35,653 nt of DNA. Source: Candidatus Tepidifontimicrobium thermophilum. GTDB lineage: Bacteria > Sysuimicrobiota > Sysuimicrobiia > Sysuimicrobiales > Sysuimicrobiaceae. The notes beneath the pieces were generated by a model. It had not been told where the DNA came from. It was given only the letters and a program-made list of their open reading frames with translations, and searched no databases. The stretch is from the NCBI GenBank assembly GCA_031459915.1, contig JAVKHO010000024.1, positions 1-35,653 on the forward strand. The letters are read 5' to 3'. Within the stretch, counting starts at the first letter, position 1, and every line of letters starts with the position of its first letter. The position numbers and the translations under genes are program-made. This document shows positions 1 to 9,299 of this stretch, piece by piece.

Positions 1-51
1 ACCCACCGTTTCCGTCGTCCCACTGAATGAACGCAGCTGGCTGGCGTTTTG

Positions 52-202
52 GGGCCCTGTCCCCAGGGGACAGGGCCCAGGGACAGGCCGCAGGGGACAG
101 AGCCCAGGGGGGCAGGGCCCTCGGGCAGGGCCCTCGGGCAGGGCCCTCGGGACAGGCCGCAGGGTACAGGGCCCAGGGGACAGGGCCCTCGGGACAGAGC
201 CC
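52..202. repeat. Degenerate tandem array of ~10 units (12-16 bp, consensus GGG(G)ACAGGGCCC(A/TC)) preceded by one inverted copy
   Basis: Units start at 66, 80, 93, 107, 123, 136, 149, 162, 176 and 191. 52-64 GGGCCCTGTCCCC is the exact reverse complement of 66-78 GGGGACAGGGCCC. Confidence 0.9.
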
Positions 203-207
203 GGGCC

Positions 208-1245
208 CTAGGCCCTGGCGGGTTGCGGCCTGAGGCCAGGCTGCAGGGCCACCACGGTCTCCGCGATCTGCACCGCGTTCAGGGCCGCGCCCTTGCGCAG
301 GTTGTCCGCCACCACGAAGAAGGCCAGGTTGCCGGCACCGTCGAAGCGGATGCGGCCCACGTACGCGGGGTCGCGCCCGGCGGCCCCCAGTGGGGTGGGG
401 TAGCGACCGGACCTCGGGTCGTCCACCACCTCCACGCCCGGGGCAGCACGCAGGATCTCCCGAACCTCGTCGAGGTCCGGGGTCTGTTCGAAGGTGGCGT
501 GCACCGCCACCCCGTGGCCCAGAAGGGTGGGCACCCGCACGCAGGTGATCCCCACCTCCAACGTGGGGTGCTCCAGGATCTTGCGGCTTTCCGCCTGCGC
601 CTTCAGCTCCTCGCTGGTGTGCCCGCCGTCGCGGACCGACCCGATGGCAGGGATCACGTTGAACACGATGGGGTGGCTGAAAGCGCTGCCCAGGGACTCC
701 TCCAGGGGCTCCCCGCGCTCCGCCGCGGCCCGGAGCTCCCGCCACAACTGCTCCACTCCCGCCTGCCCCGCCCCGGACACCGACTGGTAAGAGCACGCCA
801 CTACCCGACGCAGTCCGTAACGCCGGTGCAGGGGTGCCAGGGGCATCAGGAAGGTGGCGGTAGTGCAGTTGGGGTTGGCGATGATCCCGCGGGGGCGATC
901 CAGCACGCGCGGGCCGTTGATCTCCGGGATCACGAGTGGCACGTCCGGGTCCAGGCGGAAGGTAGCGGCGTTGTCGATCACCACCACGCCGCGCGATGCG
1001 GCCCTGGGCGCCCACTCCCGGGAGACCTCGTCGGGCACGTCGAAGATGGCGATGTCGCAGCCTTCGAAGACCTCCTCGCTCAGGGCCACCACGGGGTGCC
1101 CGTCGACCCGTTTGCCCGCCGACCGGGGCGACGCGGCCAGCCGCAGCTCCCGCACGGGAAACCGCCGGGCCTCCAGCAGGCCCACCGCCTGCCGCCCCAC
1201 GGCACCCGTGGCTCCCACCACCGCGACCACGTACCCGTCCCGCAC
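208..1245 (-). CDS. asd: Aspartate-semialdehyde dehydrogenase
   Basis: VVGATGAVG Rossmann motif, catalytic PNCTT, YQSVSGAG, CVRVP..GH, DNLRKGAALNAVQ; GAGGTGA RBS. Confidence 0.96.
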   Translation of the reverse strand: MRDGYVVAVVGATGAVGRQAVGLLEARRFPVRELRLAASPRSAGKRVDGHPVVALSEEVFEGCDIAIFDVPDEVSREWAPRAASRGVVVIDNAATFRLDPDVPLVIPEINGPRVLDRPRGIIANPNCTTATFLMPLAPLHRRYGLRRVVACSYQSVSGAGQAGVEQLWRELRAAAERGEPLEESLGSAFSHPIVFNVIPAIGSVRDGGHTSEELKAQAESRKILEHPTLEVGITCVRVPTLLGHGVAVHATFEQTPDLDEVREILRAAPGVEVVDDPRSGRYPTPLGAAGRDPAYVGRIRFDGAGNLAFFVVADNLRKGAALNAVQIAETVVALQPGLRPQPARA

Positions 1246-1249
1246 GGCC

Positions 1250-2089
1250 TCACCTCGCTTCTTCGGAGTGCAAAGTTGTCTGTGTGTCCAGCAGGTGTTC
1301 CAGGCCCACCACCAGCTCCGACAGCCCCACGACCCGACGGACCGCCAGCAACACGCCTGGCAGGAACGACTCCTCGCTGTACGCGTCGTGACGCAGGCTC
1401 AGCACCTGCCCGGGCCCGCCGAACAGGACCTCCTGGTGCGCCACCAGACCCGGCAGCCGCACGCTGTGCACCCGCACGCCGTGGTGGACGCCGCCGCGGG
1501 CGCCGGCCACCTTCTCCTCCTCCGCCACCGCGGGCTGCGGGGCCGTCCCCCGGGCCCGCGCAATCAGCTCCGCGGTGCGCAGCGCAGTGCCGCTGGGCGC
1601 GTCCCGCTTGCGGTCGTGGTGCAGCTCCACCACCTCCGCGTGGGGGAAGTACGGCGCGGCCAGCTGGCAGAACCGCATGAGCAGCACCGCTCCCAGGGCG
1701 AAGTTGGGGGCCACGACACCGCCCACCCTGGCCCGCGCGCAAGCCTGCCGCAGGGCTTCCAGGGACTCTGGACCGTAGCCGGTGGCTCCCACCACCGGCC
1801 GCACGCCCGCCTCCGCCGCCCGTGCCGCATTGACCAGGGCCGGGTCCCCCACGCTGAACTCCACCAGCACGTCCGCGCGACCCCGCAGCTGCGGGATCGC
1901 CTCCGCGGGCTGGATGGCAACCCCCGCAGGTCCGACCCCGGCTACCACCCCTGCGTCGTCGCCCACGTGGCGCTTGTGGCCGAAGGCGGCCACCAGCTGC
2001 AGGTCCGCCTGCTGGCACACCGCCCGGACCACCGCCCGTCCCATGCGGCCCGCAGCGCCGCCCACCGCCACCCGCAGGGGAGCGCTCAC
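1250..2089 (-). CDS. dapB: 4-hydroxy-tetrahydrodipicolinate reductase
   Basis: GAAGRMG, APNFALG, ELHHDRKRDAPSGTA, SVRLPGLVAHQEV. GTG start at 2089 overlaps the upstream stop (GTGA). Confidence 0.96.
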   Translation of the reverse strand: MSAPLRVAVGGAAGRMGRAVVRAVCQQADLQLVAAFGHKRHVGDDAGVVAGVGPAGVAIQPAEAIPQLRGRADVLVEFSVGDPALVNAARAAEAGVRPVVGATGYGPESLEALRQACARARVGGVVAPNFALGAVLLMRFCQLAAPYFPHAEVVELHHDRKRDAPSGTALRTAELIARARGTAPQPAVAEEEKVAGARGGVHHGVRVHSVRLPGLVAHQEVLFGGPGQVLSLRHDAYSEESFLPGVLLAVRRVVGLSELVVGLEHLLDTQTTLHSEEAR

Positions 2090-3375
2090 ACCACCGCCTC
2101 CAGGGCGGCCCGGGTGGTGGCCTCCGCGTCTGCGGGACCGACCGCCGCCAGCGCCGGCCGGTCCCGGAGCAGCCGCTGGGCCAGGGCCTGCAGGCGGTCG
2201 GAGGTGACCGCCTCCAGCTCCTGCAGGACCTCGTCCGGGCTGATCCGCCGGCCGAAGTACAGCTCCGCCCTCGACAGGAAGAACATGCGGCTCGCGGTGC
2301 TCTCCAGCGAAAGCATGAGGCTCGCCTTCAAGGACTCCCTCGCCCGGCTGAGCTCCTCCTCGGGCACGGGCTCCTGGCGCAGGCGGTCCAGCTCCCGCAG
2401 GGACACCTCCAGCACTTCCCGCGCCCGCTCGGGGCTCGTACCCGCGTACACCGCGAACGCGCCCGCGTCCCGGTACAGGACGGTGAACGTCCCGATGCTG
2501 TACACGAGGCCCCGCTTCTCCCGCACCTCCTGGAACAGGCGGGACGACATGCCTCCGCCCGCCACGTGGTCCAGGACCGACAGCACGTAGCGGTCCGGGT
2601 CGCCCTGCGGCAGGCCGGGATAGCCGAAACACAGGTGCACCTGCTCGGTGTCCTTGGTCCGGTAGGTGGAGTCCAGGGAAACCGACGGGGTGGAGGCACC
2701 CCGCGGCGGTGCCTCCGCGGACAGCGGTCCGAGGAGCTCTGCGGCCTGCTCCACCACCTGGTCGTGGTCCACGTCTCCGGCCGCCGCCACCAGCAGCCTG
2801 GGCGACCGGTACTCCCGCGACACGAACTCCACGAAGTCCGGCCGGCGGAGGGACTCCACCGTGTGGCGGAACCCGATCACCGGACGGCCGAGGGGGTCGT
2901 GGGCCCACACCGTCTCCAGGAACAGGTCCTGCACGAGGTCGTCCGGGCTGTCCTCGTACATCTTGATCTCCTCGAGGATCACCTGCCGCTCCCGTTCCAA
3001 CGCCTCCTCCTCGAAGAGGGAGCCCGTGAGCATGTCCGCCAGCAGGTCGGTGACCTTCGGGAGGTGCTCAGAAAGCACCCGGACGTAGTAGCAGGTGTGC
3101 TCCCGGTCGGTGAAGGCGTTGAGCTGCGCGCCCAGGGCGTCCGCCTCCTCCGCGATGCGCTGGGCGGTCCGCCGGCGCGTGCCCTTGAACATCATGTGCT
3201 CGGTGAAGTGGGCGATCCCGCTCCACCCGGGCGGCTCGAACCGCGAGCCGGTCTCCACCCACACCCCCAGGGCCACGGTGCGGACCCCGGGCAGCGCCTC
3301 CGTCACCACCCGGATGCCGGAGGGCAGGACCGTCTTGCGGTACTCGGCGTCACGGACGTGCACGGGCGCGTCCAA
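2086..3375 (-). CDS. M16 family (pitrilysin-like) zinc peptidase
   Basis: Inverted zinc motif HFTEH (HxxEH), LNAFT, GGGMSSRLFQEVREKRGLVY; usual position downstream of pnp. Confidence 0.93.
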   Translation of the reverse strand: MDAPVHVRDAEYRKTVLPSGIRVVTEALPGVRTVALGVWVETGSRFEPPGWSGIAHFTEHMMFKGTRRRTAQRIAEEADALGAQLNAFTDREHTCYYVRVLSEHLPKVTDLLADMLTGSLFEEEALERERQVILEEIKMYEDSPDDLVQDLFLETVWAHDPLGRPVIGFRHTVESLRRPDFVEFVSREYRSPRLLVAAAGDVDHDQVVEQAAELLGPLSAEAPPRGASTPSVSLDSTYRTKDTEQVHLCFGYPGLPQGDPDRYVLSVLDHVAGGGMSSRLFQEVREKRGLVYSIGTFTVLYRDAGAFAVYAGTSPERAREVLEVSLRELDRLRQEPVPEEELSRARESLKASLMLSLESTASRMFFLSRAELYFGRRISPDEVLQELEAVTSDRLQALAQRLLRDRPALAAVGPADAEATTRAALEAVV

Positions 3376-3378
3376 GGG

Positions 3379-5595
3379 CTACCGCTCCGGACGAGGGCCG
3401 GGCCTGCGCGGCGGGCGGCGCGGGGGTCGGTCCTGGCGCGGACGGTCCGCAGCACCGGCCCCCACGGGAGCTGCTGCCGCTCCGCCGTCGTCGGACACAA
3501 GGCCGCGGCGGGTCAGGTTGATGCGGCCCAGGGAGTCGATCTCCTTCACCCGCACCAGGATCTCGTCGCCCACCTTCACCACGTCCTCCACCTTTTCCAC
3601 CCGGCGGTCCGCCAGCTCCGAGATGTGCACCAGCCCCTCCTTGCCCGGCAGGACCTCCACGAAGGCCCCGAAGTTCACCAGCCGCGTGACCCGGCCCAGG
3701 TAGGTCTGGCCCACCTCCACCTCCCGCACGATGTCCTGGATCATCCGCACCGCCCTCTGGGCGGCCTCCGGGTCCGTGGAGGCGATGATCACGCGGCCGT
3801 CCTGCTCGATGTCGATCTTCACCCCGGTCTCCGACGTGATCTTGTTGATCACCTTCCCGCCGGGACCGATGACCTCCCGGATCTTTTCGGGGTTGATGTG
3901 GAGGGTCAGCAACCGCGGCGCGTACGGGGACAGGTCCGACCGCGGGGCGGGCAGCACCCGCAGCATGGCGTCCAGGATGGCCAGCCGCGCCTGCCGGGCC
4001 TGCTCCAGGGCCTGCCGGAGCACCTCGCGGGTGAGCCCGGGGATCTTGATGTCCATCTGCAGGGCGGTGATCCCCTCCCGGGTGCCGGCCACCTTGAAGT
4101 CCATGTCGCCCATGGCGTCCTCGATGCCCTGGATGTCCGTCAGGATGGCCATGCGGCCGTCCTCACCGGTGATCAGGCCCATGGCGATCCCCGCCACCGG
4201 CGCCTTGATGGGGACGCCCGCGTCCATCAAGGCCAGGGTACTGCCGCACACGGACGCCATGGACGTGGACCCGTTGGACTCCAGGACCTCGGACACCAGC
4301 CGGATGGTGTAGGGGAAGGCCTCCTCCGGAGGGATCATGCGGGCCAGCGCCCGCTCCGCCAGGGCCCCGTGTCCGATCTCGCGGCGGCCGGGGCCGCGCA
4401 GGGGCCGCACCTCGCCCACACTGTAGGGCGGGAACACGTAGTGGTGCATGAACCGCTTGCTCTCCACGATCCCCAGGTCGTCCAGGATCTGCTCGTCCTC
4501 GCCCGTGCCCAGGGTGCACAGGGTGAGGACCTGGGTCTGGCCCCGCTGGAACAGGGCGCTGCCGTGGGTGCGGGGCATGAGGCCCACCTCGATGTACAGG
4601 GGCCGGATCTGCGTGGGCGTCCGGCCGTCGGGCCGCGCGCCCTCCCGCAGGATCATGCGCCGCACCAGCTCCTTCTGCAGGTCCAGGAGGAGGTTGCTGA
4701 CCTCCTGCACCCGGTCGGGGTAGCGCTCCGCGAACTGCTGGGTGACCTCGTCGATGACCCGCTGGGTCTGCGCCTCACGGCTCAGCTTGTCCGGGTGGCG
4801 CAGCGCCGCGTCCAGCCTGGATTCCGCCGCCTCCCGGACCTCCCGGGCCAGGTCGGGGTCAGGGAGCGCCAGGGGCACTTCCCGCTTGGGCTTGCCCGCC
4901 TGTGCCACGAGGTCCCGGATGGCGGCGATCACCTTGCGGCACTCCCCGTGGGCCAGCTCCATGGCCTCCAGCATCTGCTCCTCGGGGACCTCGTCGGCAC
5001 CGCACTCCACCATGATGATCGCGTCGTCGCTGGCCGCCACCACCAGGTCCAGGCGGCTCTCGTTCTCGATCTGCTGCAGGGTGGGGTTCACGACGAACTG
5101 TCCGTCCACCAGTCCGATCCGCACGCAGCCGATGGGGCCCGCCCAGGGGATGTCGGAAAGGCTCAGCGCCGCGGACGCCCCCACCACCGCCGCCACGTCC
5201 GGCGGGTGGACCCGGTCTGCGGAAAGCGCCGTGGCGATGACCTGGACGTCGTTGCGGAACCCCTTGGGGAACAGGGGTCGGATGGGACGGTCCATGAGGC
5301 GCGCGGTGAGGATGGCTTTCTCACCGGGCCGGCCCTCCCGCTTGAAGAAGCCCCCGGGGATCTTGCCCGCGGCGTACAGCCGCTCCTCGAAGTCACACGT
5401 CAGCGGGAAGAAGTCGATCCCTTCCCGGGGCTGGTCCGAGGCGGTGGCGGTGACCAGCACCACGGTCTCCCCGTACCGGACGGTGACCGCGGCGTTGGCC
5501 TGCTTCGCCAGCTTGCCTGTCTCGATGGTCCATTCCTTGCCCCCGACCTCGAAGCGGACGCTCCGGAGTTCGGGTACGCTCCACTCTACCTGCAT
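3379..5595 (-). CDS. pnp: Polyribonucleotide nucleotidyltransferase (PNPase)
   Basis: [47 protein letters not shown], then KH (IGPGGK) and S1 domains. Confidence 0.98.
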   Translation of the reverse strand: MQVEWSVPELRSVRFEVGGKEWTIETGKLAKQANAAVTVRYGETVVLVTATASDQPREGIDFFPLTCDFEERLYAAGKIPGGFFKREGRPGEKAILTARLMDRPIRPLFPKGFRNDVQVIATALSADRVHPPDVAAVVGASAALSLSDIPWAGPIGCVRIGLVDGQFVVNPTLQQIENESRLDLVVAASDDAIIMVECGADEVPEEQMLEAMELAHGECRKVIAAIRDLVAQAGKPKREVPLALPDPDLAREVREAAESRLDAALRHPDKLSREAQTQRVIDEVTQQFAERYPDRVQEVSNLLLDLQKELVRRMILREGARPDGRTPTQIRPLYIEVGLMPRTHGSALFQRGQTQVLTLCTLGTGEDEQILDDLGIVESKRFMHHYVFPPYSVGEVRPLRGPGRREIGHGALAERALARMIPPEEAFPYTIRLVSEVLESNGSTSMASVCGSTLALMDAGVPIKAPVAGIAMGLITGEDGRMAILTDIQGIEDAMGDMDFKVAGTREGITALQMDIKIPGLTREVLRQALEQARQARLAILDAMLRVLPAPRSDLSPYAPRLLTLHINPEKIREVIGPGGKVINKITSETGVKIDIEQDGRVIIASTDPEAAQRAVRMIQDIVREVEVGQTYLGRVTRLVNFGAFVEVLPGKEGLVHISELADRRVEKVEDVVKVGDEILVRVKEIDSLGRINLTRRGLVSDDGGAAAAPVGAGAADRPRQDRPPRRPPRRPGPRPER

Positions 5596-5649
5596 CTCTC
5601 CCTCTCCCTCCTGGTCTCCGGCACCTGCCCCGGGCCCGCGCCAGGAGGA

Positions 5650-5713
5650 GGGGATCGATCACCGGGAACCACACTCCCGCGGGAGTGTGCATCTCGATGA
5701 TCGAAAGACCCCC
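5650..5713 (-). promoter_or_regulatory. Long stem-loop in the rpsO-pnp intergenic region, candidate RNase III processing site
   Basis: Perfect palindrome CACACTCCCGCGGGAGTGTG (5670-5689) flanked by 10-bp arms at 5655-5664 and 5695-5704 (one G-U pair in the minus-strand RNA). Confidence 0.65.
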
Positions 5714-5745
5714 ACGTCCCGGCGGGCGCCCGCCGCAGGCCTCGG

Positions 5746-6015
5746 TCACTTCCGCAGTCCCAGCCGCTCCACGACCTCGCGGTAGCGCTGCGGGTCCTCC
5801 CGCTGCAGGTACCGCAGCAGCCGGCGCCGCTGGCCCACCATCTTCAGCAGGCCGCGCTGGGAGTGCAGGTCCTTCCGGTGCACCTTGAGGTGCTCGGACA
5901 GACTGTTGATCCGGTCCGTAAGCAGGGCGACCTGCACCTCTGGGGAGCCCGTGTCCTGAGGGGACCTCTGGAACTCCGCGATCCGCTGCTGCTTGGCCTC
6001 CTTCGTCAGCGCCAC
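5746..6015 (-). CDS. rpsO: 30S ribosomal protein S15
   Basis: [38 protein letters not shown] start at 6015 with GGAGG RBS; 89 aa. Confidence 0.98.
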   Translation of the reverse strand: MALTKEAKQQRIAEFQRSPQDTGSPEVQVALLTDRINSLSEHLKVHRKDLHSQRGLLKMVGQRRRLLRYLQREDPQRYREVVERLGLRK

Positions 6016-6092
6016 CGTCTTCCTCCAAGCACGAAAGTCGCCCGCGGCCGAGGGGCCGACCGGAACCGACCTCCCAGCCATGGGCCACCCCG

Positions 6093-6121
6093 ATGGTAGC
6101 ACGCCCGTTCGGCGGGGGCAA
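6093..6121 (-). promoter_or_regulatory. Putative sigma70-type promoter for rpsO
   Basis: TTGCCC-N17-TACCAT with an extended TGn motif. Confidence 0.55.
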
Positions 6122-6133
6122 ACCTACGGACCC

Positions 6134-7024
6134 TCATCGCCCGCACGCCAGCTCCAACACGCGGCGGTAGGGAACTTCCAGCGCGGCATCCGACACCGCC
6201 TCCCACCGCCCCGCACCGTCTGCGGGAGAGGGGTTGGACCGCACCAGCAGCCGGTACGGGTACCACACCTCCAGGAACTCGGGAACCACCAACCGGCCCA
6301 GGGGCTCTGCCTGCCACGACCCGCGCTCCACGGAGGCCACCTCCGCCACGGCCCGCCACGCGGCCTCCTCAGGGTCCTCCCCCGGCAGCACCGGGGCTTT
6401 GGGCAGCCGGCCGCCCGGGGCCACCAGGACCCTTTCGCCGTACAGGGCGCACCCCACGGCTTCCCGGTGGGCCAGCAGCTCGCACGCCTCCTCCGCACGC
6501 CCCTCCTGCAGCAGCGCCCGGACCCTGGAGCTGCTGACCCGCTGTCCGCCGACCTCCACGGGCGCGCACACCTCCACCGAGAAGCCGAGCTCCCCGCCCA
6601 GCTGACGGAGCAGGTCCGCGTCACCCCGGCGGTCGCGTCCGAACCGGAAGTCGGGGCCGCACACCACCGCCCGCGCACCCAGCCCTCCCAGCAGGACCCT
6701 CCGCACGAAGTCTTCGGGCTCGGTCCGGCGCAGCGTCTCGTCAAACCGCAGGACCAAGGCCGCGTCCACGCCCAGGGTGGCGATGCGCCGGAGCCGCTCC
6801 TGCAGCGGGAGCACGAGGAAGGAGTCGGGCAGGCCAGCCACCACCTGCTGGGGGTGCGGGTGGAACGTGAGCGCCACGCTGCGCCAGCCGCCCTGACGGG
6901 CGCGCTCCACCGCGGTCCCCAGGACCGCCCGGTGCCCCAGGTGGACCCCGTCGAAGACGCCCAGGGCCACGCAGCTCCCCGAGGGGTGCGGCGGGACGTC
7001 CTCCAGCCGGTAGTAGACGTTCAT
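6134..7024 (-). CDS. FAD synthetase (FMN adenylyltransferase) domain fused to a degenerate Nudix-like C-terminal domain; riboflavin kinase domain absent
   Basis: GVFDGVHLGH, TFHPHP, GPDFRFG and VSSSRVR are intact; no GFPTAN kinase motif; C-terminus has LPKAPVLPGEDPEEAAWRAVAEVAS. ATG at 7024 overlaps the truB stop (ATGA). Occupies the ribF position between truB and rpsO. Confidence 0.85.
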   Translation of the reverse strand: MNVYYRLEDVPPHPSGSCVALGVFDGVHLGHRAVLGTAVERARQGGWRSVALTFHPHPQQVVAGLPDSFLVLPLQERLRRIATLGVDAALVLRFDETLRRTEPEDFVRRVLLGGLGARAVVCGPDFRFGRDRRGDADLLRQLGGELGFSVEVCAPVEVGGQRVSSSRVRALLQEGRAEEACELLAHREAVGCALYGERVLVAPGGRLPKAPVLPGEDPEEAAWRAVAEVASVERGSWQAEPLGRLVVPEFLEVWYPYRLLVRSNPSPADGAGRWEAVSDAALEVPYRRVLELACGR

Positions 7025-7923
7025 GAGGAGGTCGGCGGACGGAACACCTTGAGGGGCCGCAGCTTGCCGCCCTCCGCGCGGCCCAGGGCCAGAAGCCGGC
7101 CGTCCTCGTCCAGTACCTTCACCAGGGAGCTGGGGGGCACCTGGAGGTGGGGCGCCACCTTCCACAGGGGCACGGCCTGGCCGTTCACGATGGCCGCCCG
7201 CAGGGTCCCTGTCACCTCCACGTCGGGAACGCCCGGAAGCGCCTCCGCACCCGGCGTCAGCACCCGGTCCAGCCGGCCCGCGGCCACCTCCTCCTCCAGC
7301 TCCTCCAGGGTCACGCTTTCCTCGAGGGTGTACGCGCCCACCCGCGTGCGGACCATGAAGGCCGCGTGTGCCCCGCAGCCCAGCTTCTCGCCCACGTCGT
7401 GGCACAGCTGCCGGACGTACGTGCCCTTGGAGCAGGTGATGTCGAACAGCACCCGCGGCGGCTCGCACCGCAGGACCCGCAGCTCGTAGACGGTGACCTC
7501 CCGGGGCGTCCGGGGGACCTCCACGCCCTCCCGGGCCAGCTCGTACAGCCGGCGGCCTTCGTGGTGCACCGCGGACACCATAGGGGGCAGTTGCTGGATC
7601 CGGCCCACGAAGCTCTCCAGCACCTGCCGGATCCGCGCGCAGTCCCGCACCACCTCCCGCCGTTCCACCACCTCACCGTAAGCGTCGCCGGTGTGGGTGC
7701 TCACCCCCAGGGCCAGCTCCACCCGGTAGCTCTTGTCGGACTCCATGAGGAACTCACTGAGCCGGGTGGCGGACCCCACGCACAGCACCAGCACCCCTGC
7801 GGCGCCCGGGTCCAGGGTGCCCGTGTGGCCGACCCGCCGCGTCCGGAGGATCCGGCGCACGGCGTCCACGCAGTCGTGGGACGTCATGCCCGGCGGCTTC
7901 AGCAGGTTGATGACGCCGTCCAA
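7021..7923 (-). CDS. truB: tRNA pseudouridine(55) synthase
   Basis: KPPGMTSHD, GHTGTLDP, PPMVSA, CSKGTYVR; AGGAGG RBS and TTG start. Confidence 0.97.
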   Translation of the reverse strand: MDGVINLLKPPGMTSHDCVDAVRRILRTRRVGHTGTLDPGAAGVLVLCVGSATRLSEFLMESDKSYRVELALGVSTHTGDAYGEVVERREVVRDCARIRQVLESFVGRIQQLPPMVSAVHHEGRRLYELAREGVEVPRTPREVTVYELRVLRCEPPRVLFDITCSKGTYVRQLCHDVGEKLGCGAHAAFMVRTRVGAYTLEESVTLEELEEEVAAGRLDRVLTPGAEALPGVPDVEVTGTLRAAIVNGQAVPLWKVAPHLQVPPSSLVKVLDEDGRLLALGRAEGGKLRPLKVFRPPTSS

Positions 7924-7932
7924 GGCGCCCTC

Positions 7933-8898
7933 CTATCCGGACCCGGTCTGGACCTCTGCGGCCGCGGCCTGCAGGGTCTGCCGCACCACGTCCTCGAGAT
8001 CCCCGCGGGCTACGAAGCCTGCCGCGCCCAGGTGGCCCCCGCCGCCGAAGCGGGCGGCCACCTCGTTGGCCCGGGCTCCGTCCCGCGCCCGCAGGCTCAC
8101 CTTCACCCGCGACGGCTCCACCTTGAACAGCAGCGCCAGCCGCACGCCGGCGATGGACCGCAGGGTCTCCACGATGTTCTCCGTGTCCTCCCACCGGGCG
8201 CCCGCCTGCTGCAGCATGGCCTCGTCCACCACGCTCCACGCCACCTGCCCGTCCGCGGAAAGCTGCAGGCGGGACAGAGCGAGGCCCAGCAGCCGCACCG
8301 CGGAGGGCGGCCGCGACTCGTAGACGAGCTCGTAGATCCGGTCCGGCCGCGCCCCTCGGCGGACCAGCTCCGCGGCCAGCTCGAACGTCTCGGGCCGCAC
8401 GGAGCTGTACCGGAACGAGCCGGTGTCCGTCAGCAGGCCCGTCATCAGGCACGTGGCCACCGCCTCGTCCACCTCCGCGCCCAGCTCCGCCAGCAGGGCG
8501 TATACCATCTCGCACACGGACGCCGCCTGCGGGTCCTGCCACACCAGGTGGCCGTAGCCCGTGTTGTCCCGGTGGTGGTCCAGGTTCACCAGCACCGGAC
8601 AGGCGGCCAGCACGGGCGCGAAACGGCCCGCGCGCTCCAGGTCCGGGCACTCCAGGGCCACCGCCACGTCGAAGCTGTCGAGCCCCTCCGCCCGGTCCGT
8701 GACCCGCTCCCAGGCCGGGAGGAACCGGTAGACGGCCGGAACACCGTCGGTGCTGGCCACCACCACCCGCTTGCCCGCCCGCTCCAGGGCCAGGCACAGG
8801 GCCAGGGCCCCACCCAGGCAGTCCCCGTCCGGGCTCTCGTGGCAGGCCGCCAGCACCCGGCGCGCCGCGCGCAGGGCGCTAGCCACCGCCGCCTTCAC
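7933..8898 (-). CDS. nrnA: DHH/DHHA1 phosphoesterase (NrnA-like nanoRNase/pAp phosphatase)
   Basis: HESPDGD, LDHH, TDTGSF, SLR and GGGGH motifs; lies between rbfA and truB. Confidence 0.88.
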   Translation of the reverse strand: MKAAVASALRAARRVLAACHESPDGDCLGGALALCLALERAGKRVVVASTDGVPAVYRFLPAWERVTDRAEGLDSFDVAVALECPDLERAGRFAPVLAACPVLVNLDHHRDNTGYGHLVWQDPQAASVCEMVYALLAELGAEVDEAVATCLMTGLLTDTGSFRYSSVRPETFELAAELVRRGARPDRIYELVYESRPPSAVRLLGLALSRLQLSADGQVAWSVVDEAMLQQAGARWEDTENIVETLRSIAGVRLALLFKVEPSRVKVSLRARDGARANEVAARFGGGGHLGAAGFVARGDLEDVVRQTLQAAAAEVQTGSG

Positions 8899-9259
8899 CC
8901 TGGCCTCCCCCCTGCGAGGTGCGGATCTCCCGCAAGAGCTGCAGCACCCGGGTGCCCCGCTCGATGGAGGTGTCCAGGCGGAACTGGATCTCGGGGGTGT
9001 GGTAGGTCCTTAGCCGCTTCGCCAGCTCCGTCCGCACGAACCCCACCGCGTGCTGCAGGGCCTCCATGGTCTTCGCCCGTTCCTCCTCCGACCCCAGCAC
9101 GCTCACGTACACCTTCGCGTGCCGGAGGTCGTTGCTCAGCTCCACGTCCGTCACCGACACGAACCCGATGCGGGGGTCCTTGGCCCCCCGGTGGAGGATG
9201 TCGCTGACCTCCTCCCGGATGAACTCCCGGAGCTTCTGCACCCGCTGCGGCGACGCCAT
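8879..9259 (-). CDS. rbfA: Ribosome-binding factor A
   Basis: KDPRIGFVSVTDVELSNDLRHAKVYVS, PEIQFRLDTS; ATG at 9259 with GAGGTG RBS. Confidence 0.96.
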   Translation of the reverse strand: MASPQRVQKLREFIREEVSDILHRGAKDPRIGFVSVTDVELSNDLRHAKVYVSVLGSEEERAKTMEALQHAVGFVRTELAKRLRTYHTPEIQFRLDTSIERGTRVLQLLREIRTSQGGGQGEGGGG

Positions 9260-9299
9260 GGCCACCACCTCGCCTTGGGGGTCCGGTCCTGTCGCCCCC

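Noticed and set aside
52..202. CRISPR array interpretation of the repeat cluster
   Set aside because: Units are 12-16 bp and contiguous with no unique spacers; no cas genes are in the window.
49..1680. Plus-strand 543-aa ORF and the 27-233 ORF spanning the repeat
   Set aside because: Low-complexity translations of the repeat and antisense shadows of asd and dapB; no recognisable motifs.
2566..5700. 1044-aa plus-strand ORF
   Set aside because: Antisense shadow of pnp and the M16 peptidase, expected from high GC3 codon bias; no domain motifs.
6124..6744. Alternative-frame ORF as a frameshifted riboflavin kinase domain (ribF pseudogene)
   Set aside because: No GFPTAN or other kinase motif in the alternative-frame ORFs; the main frame stays open with a coherent Nudix-like pattern.
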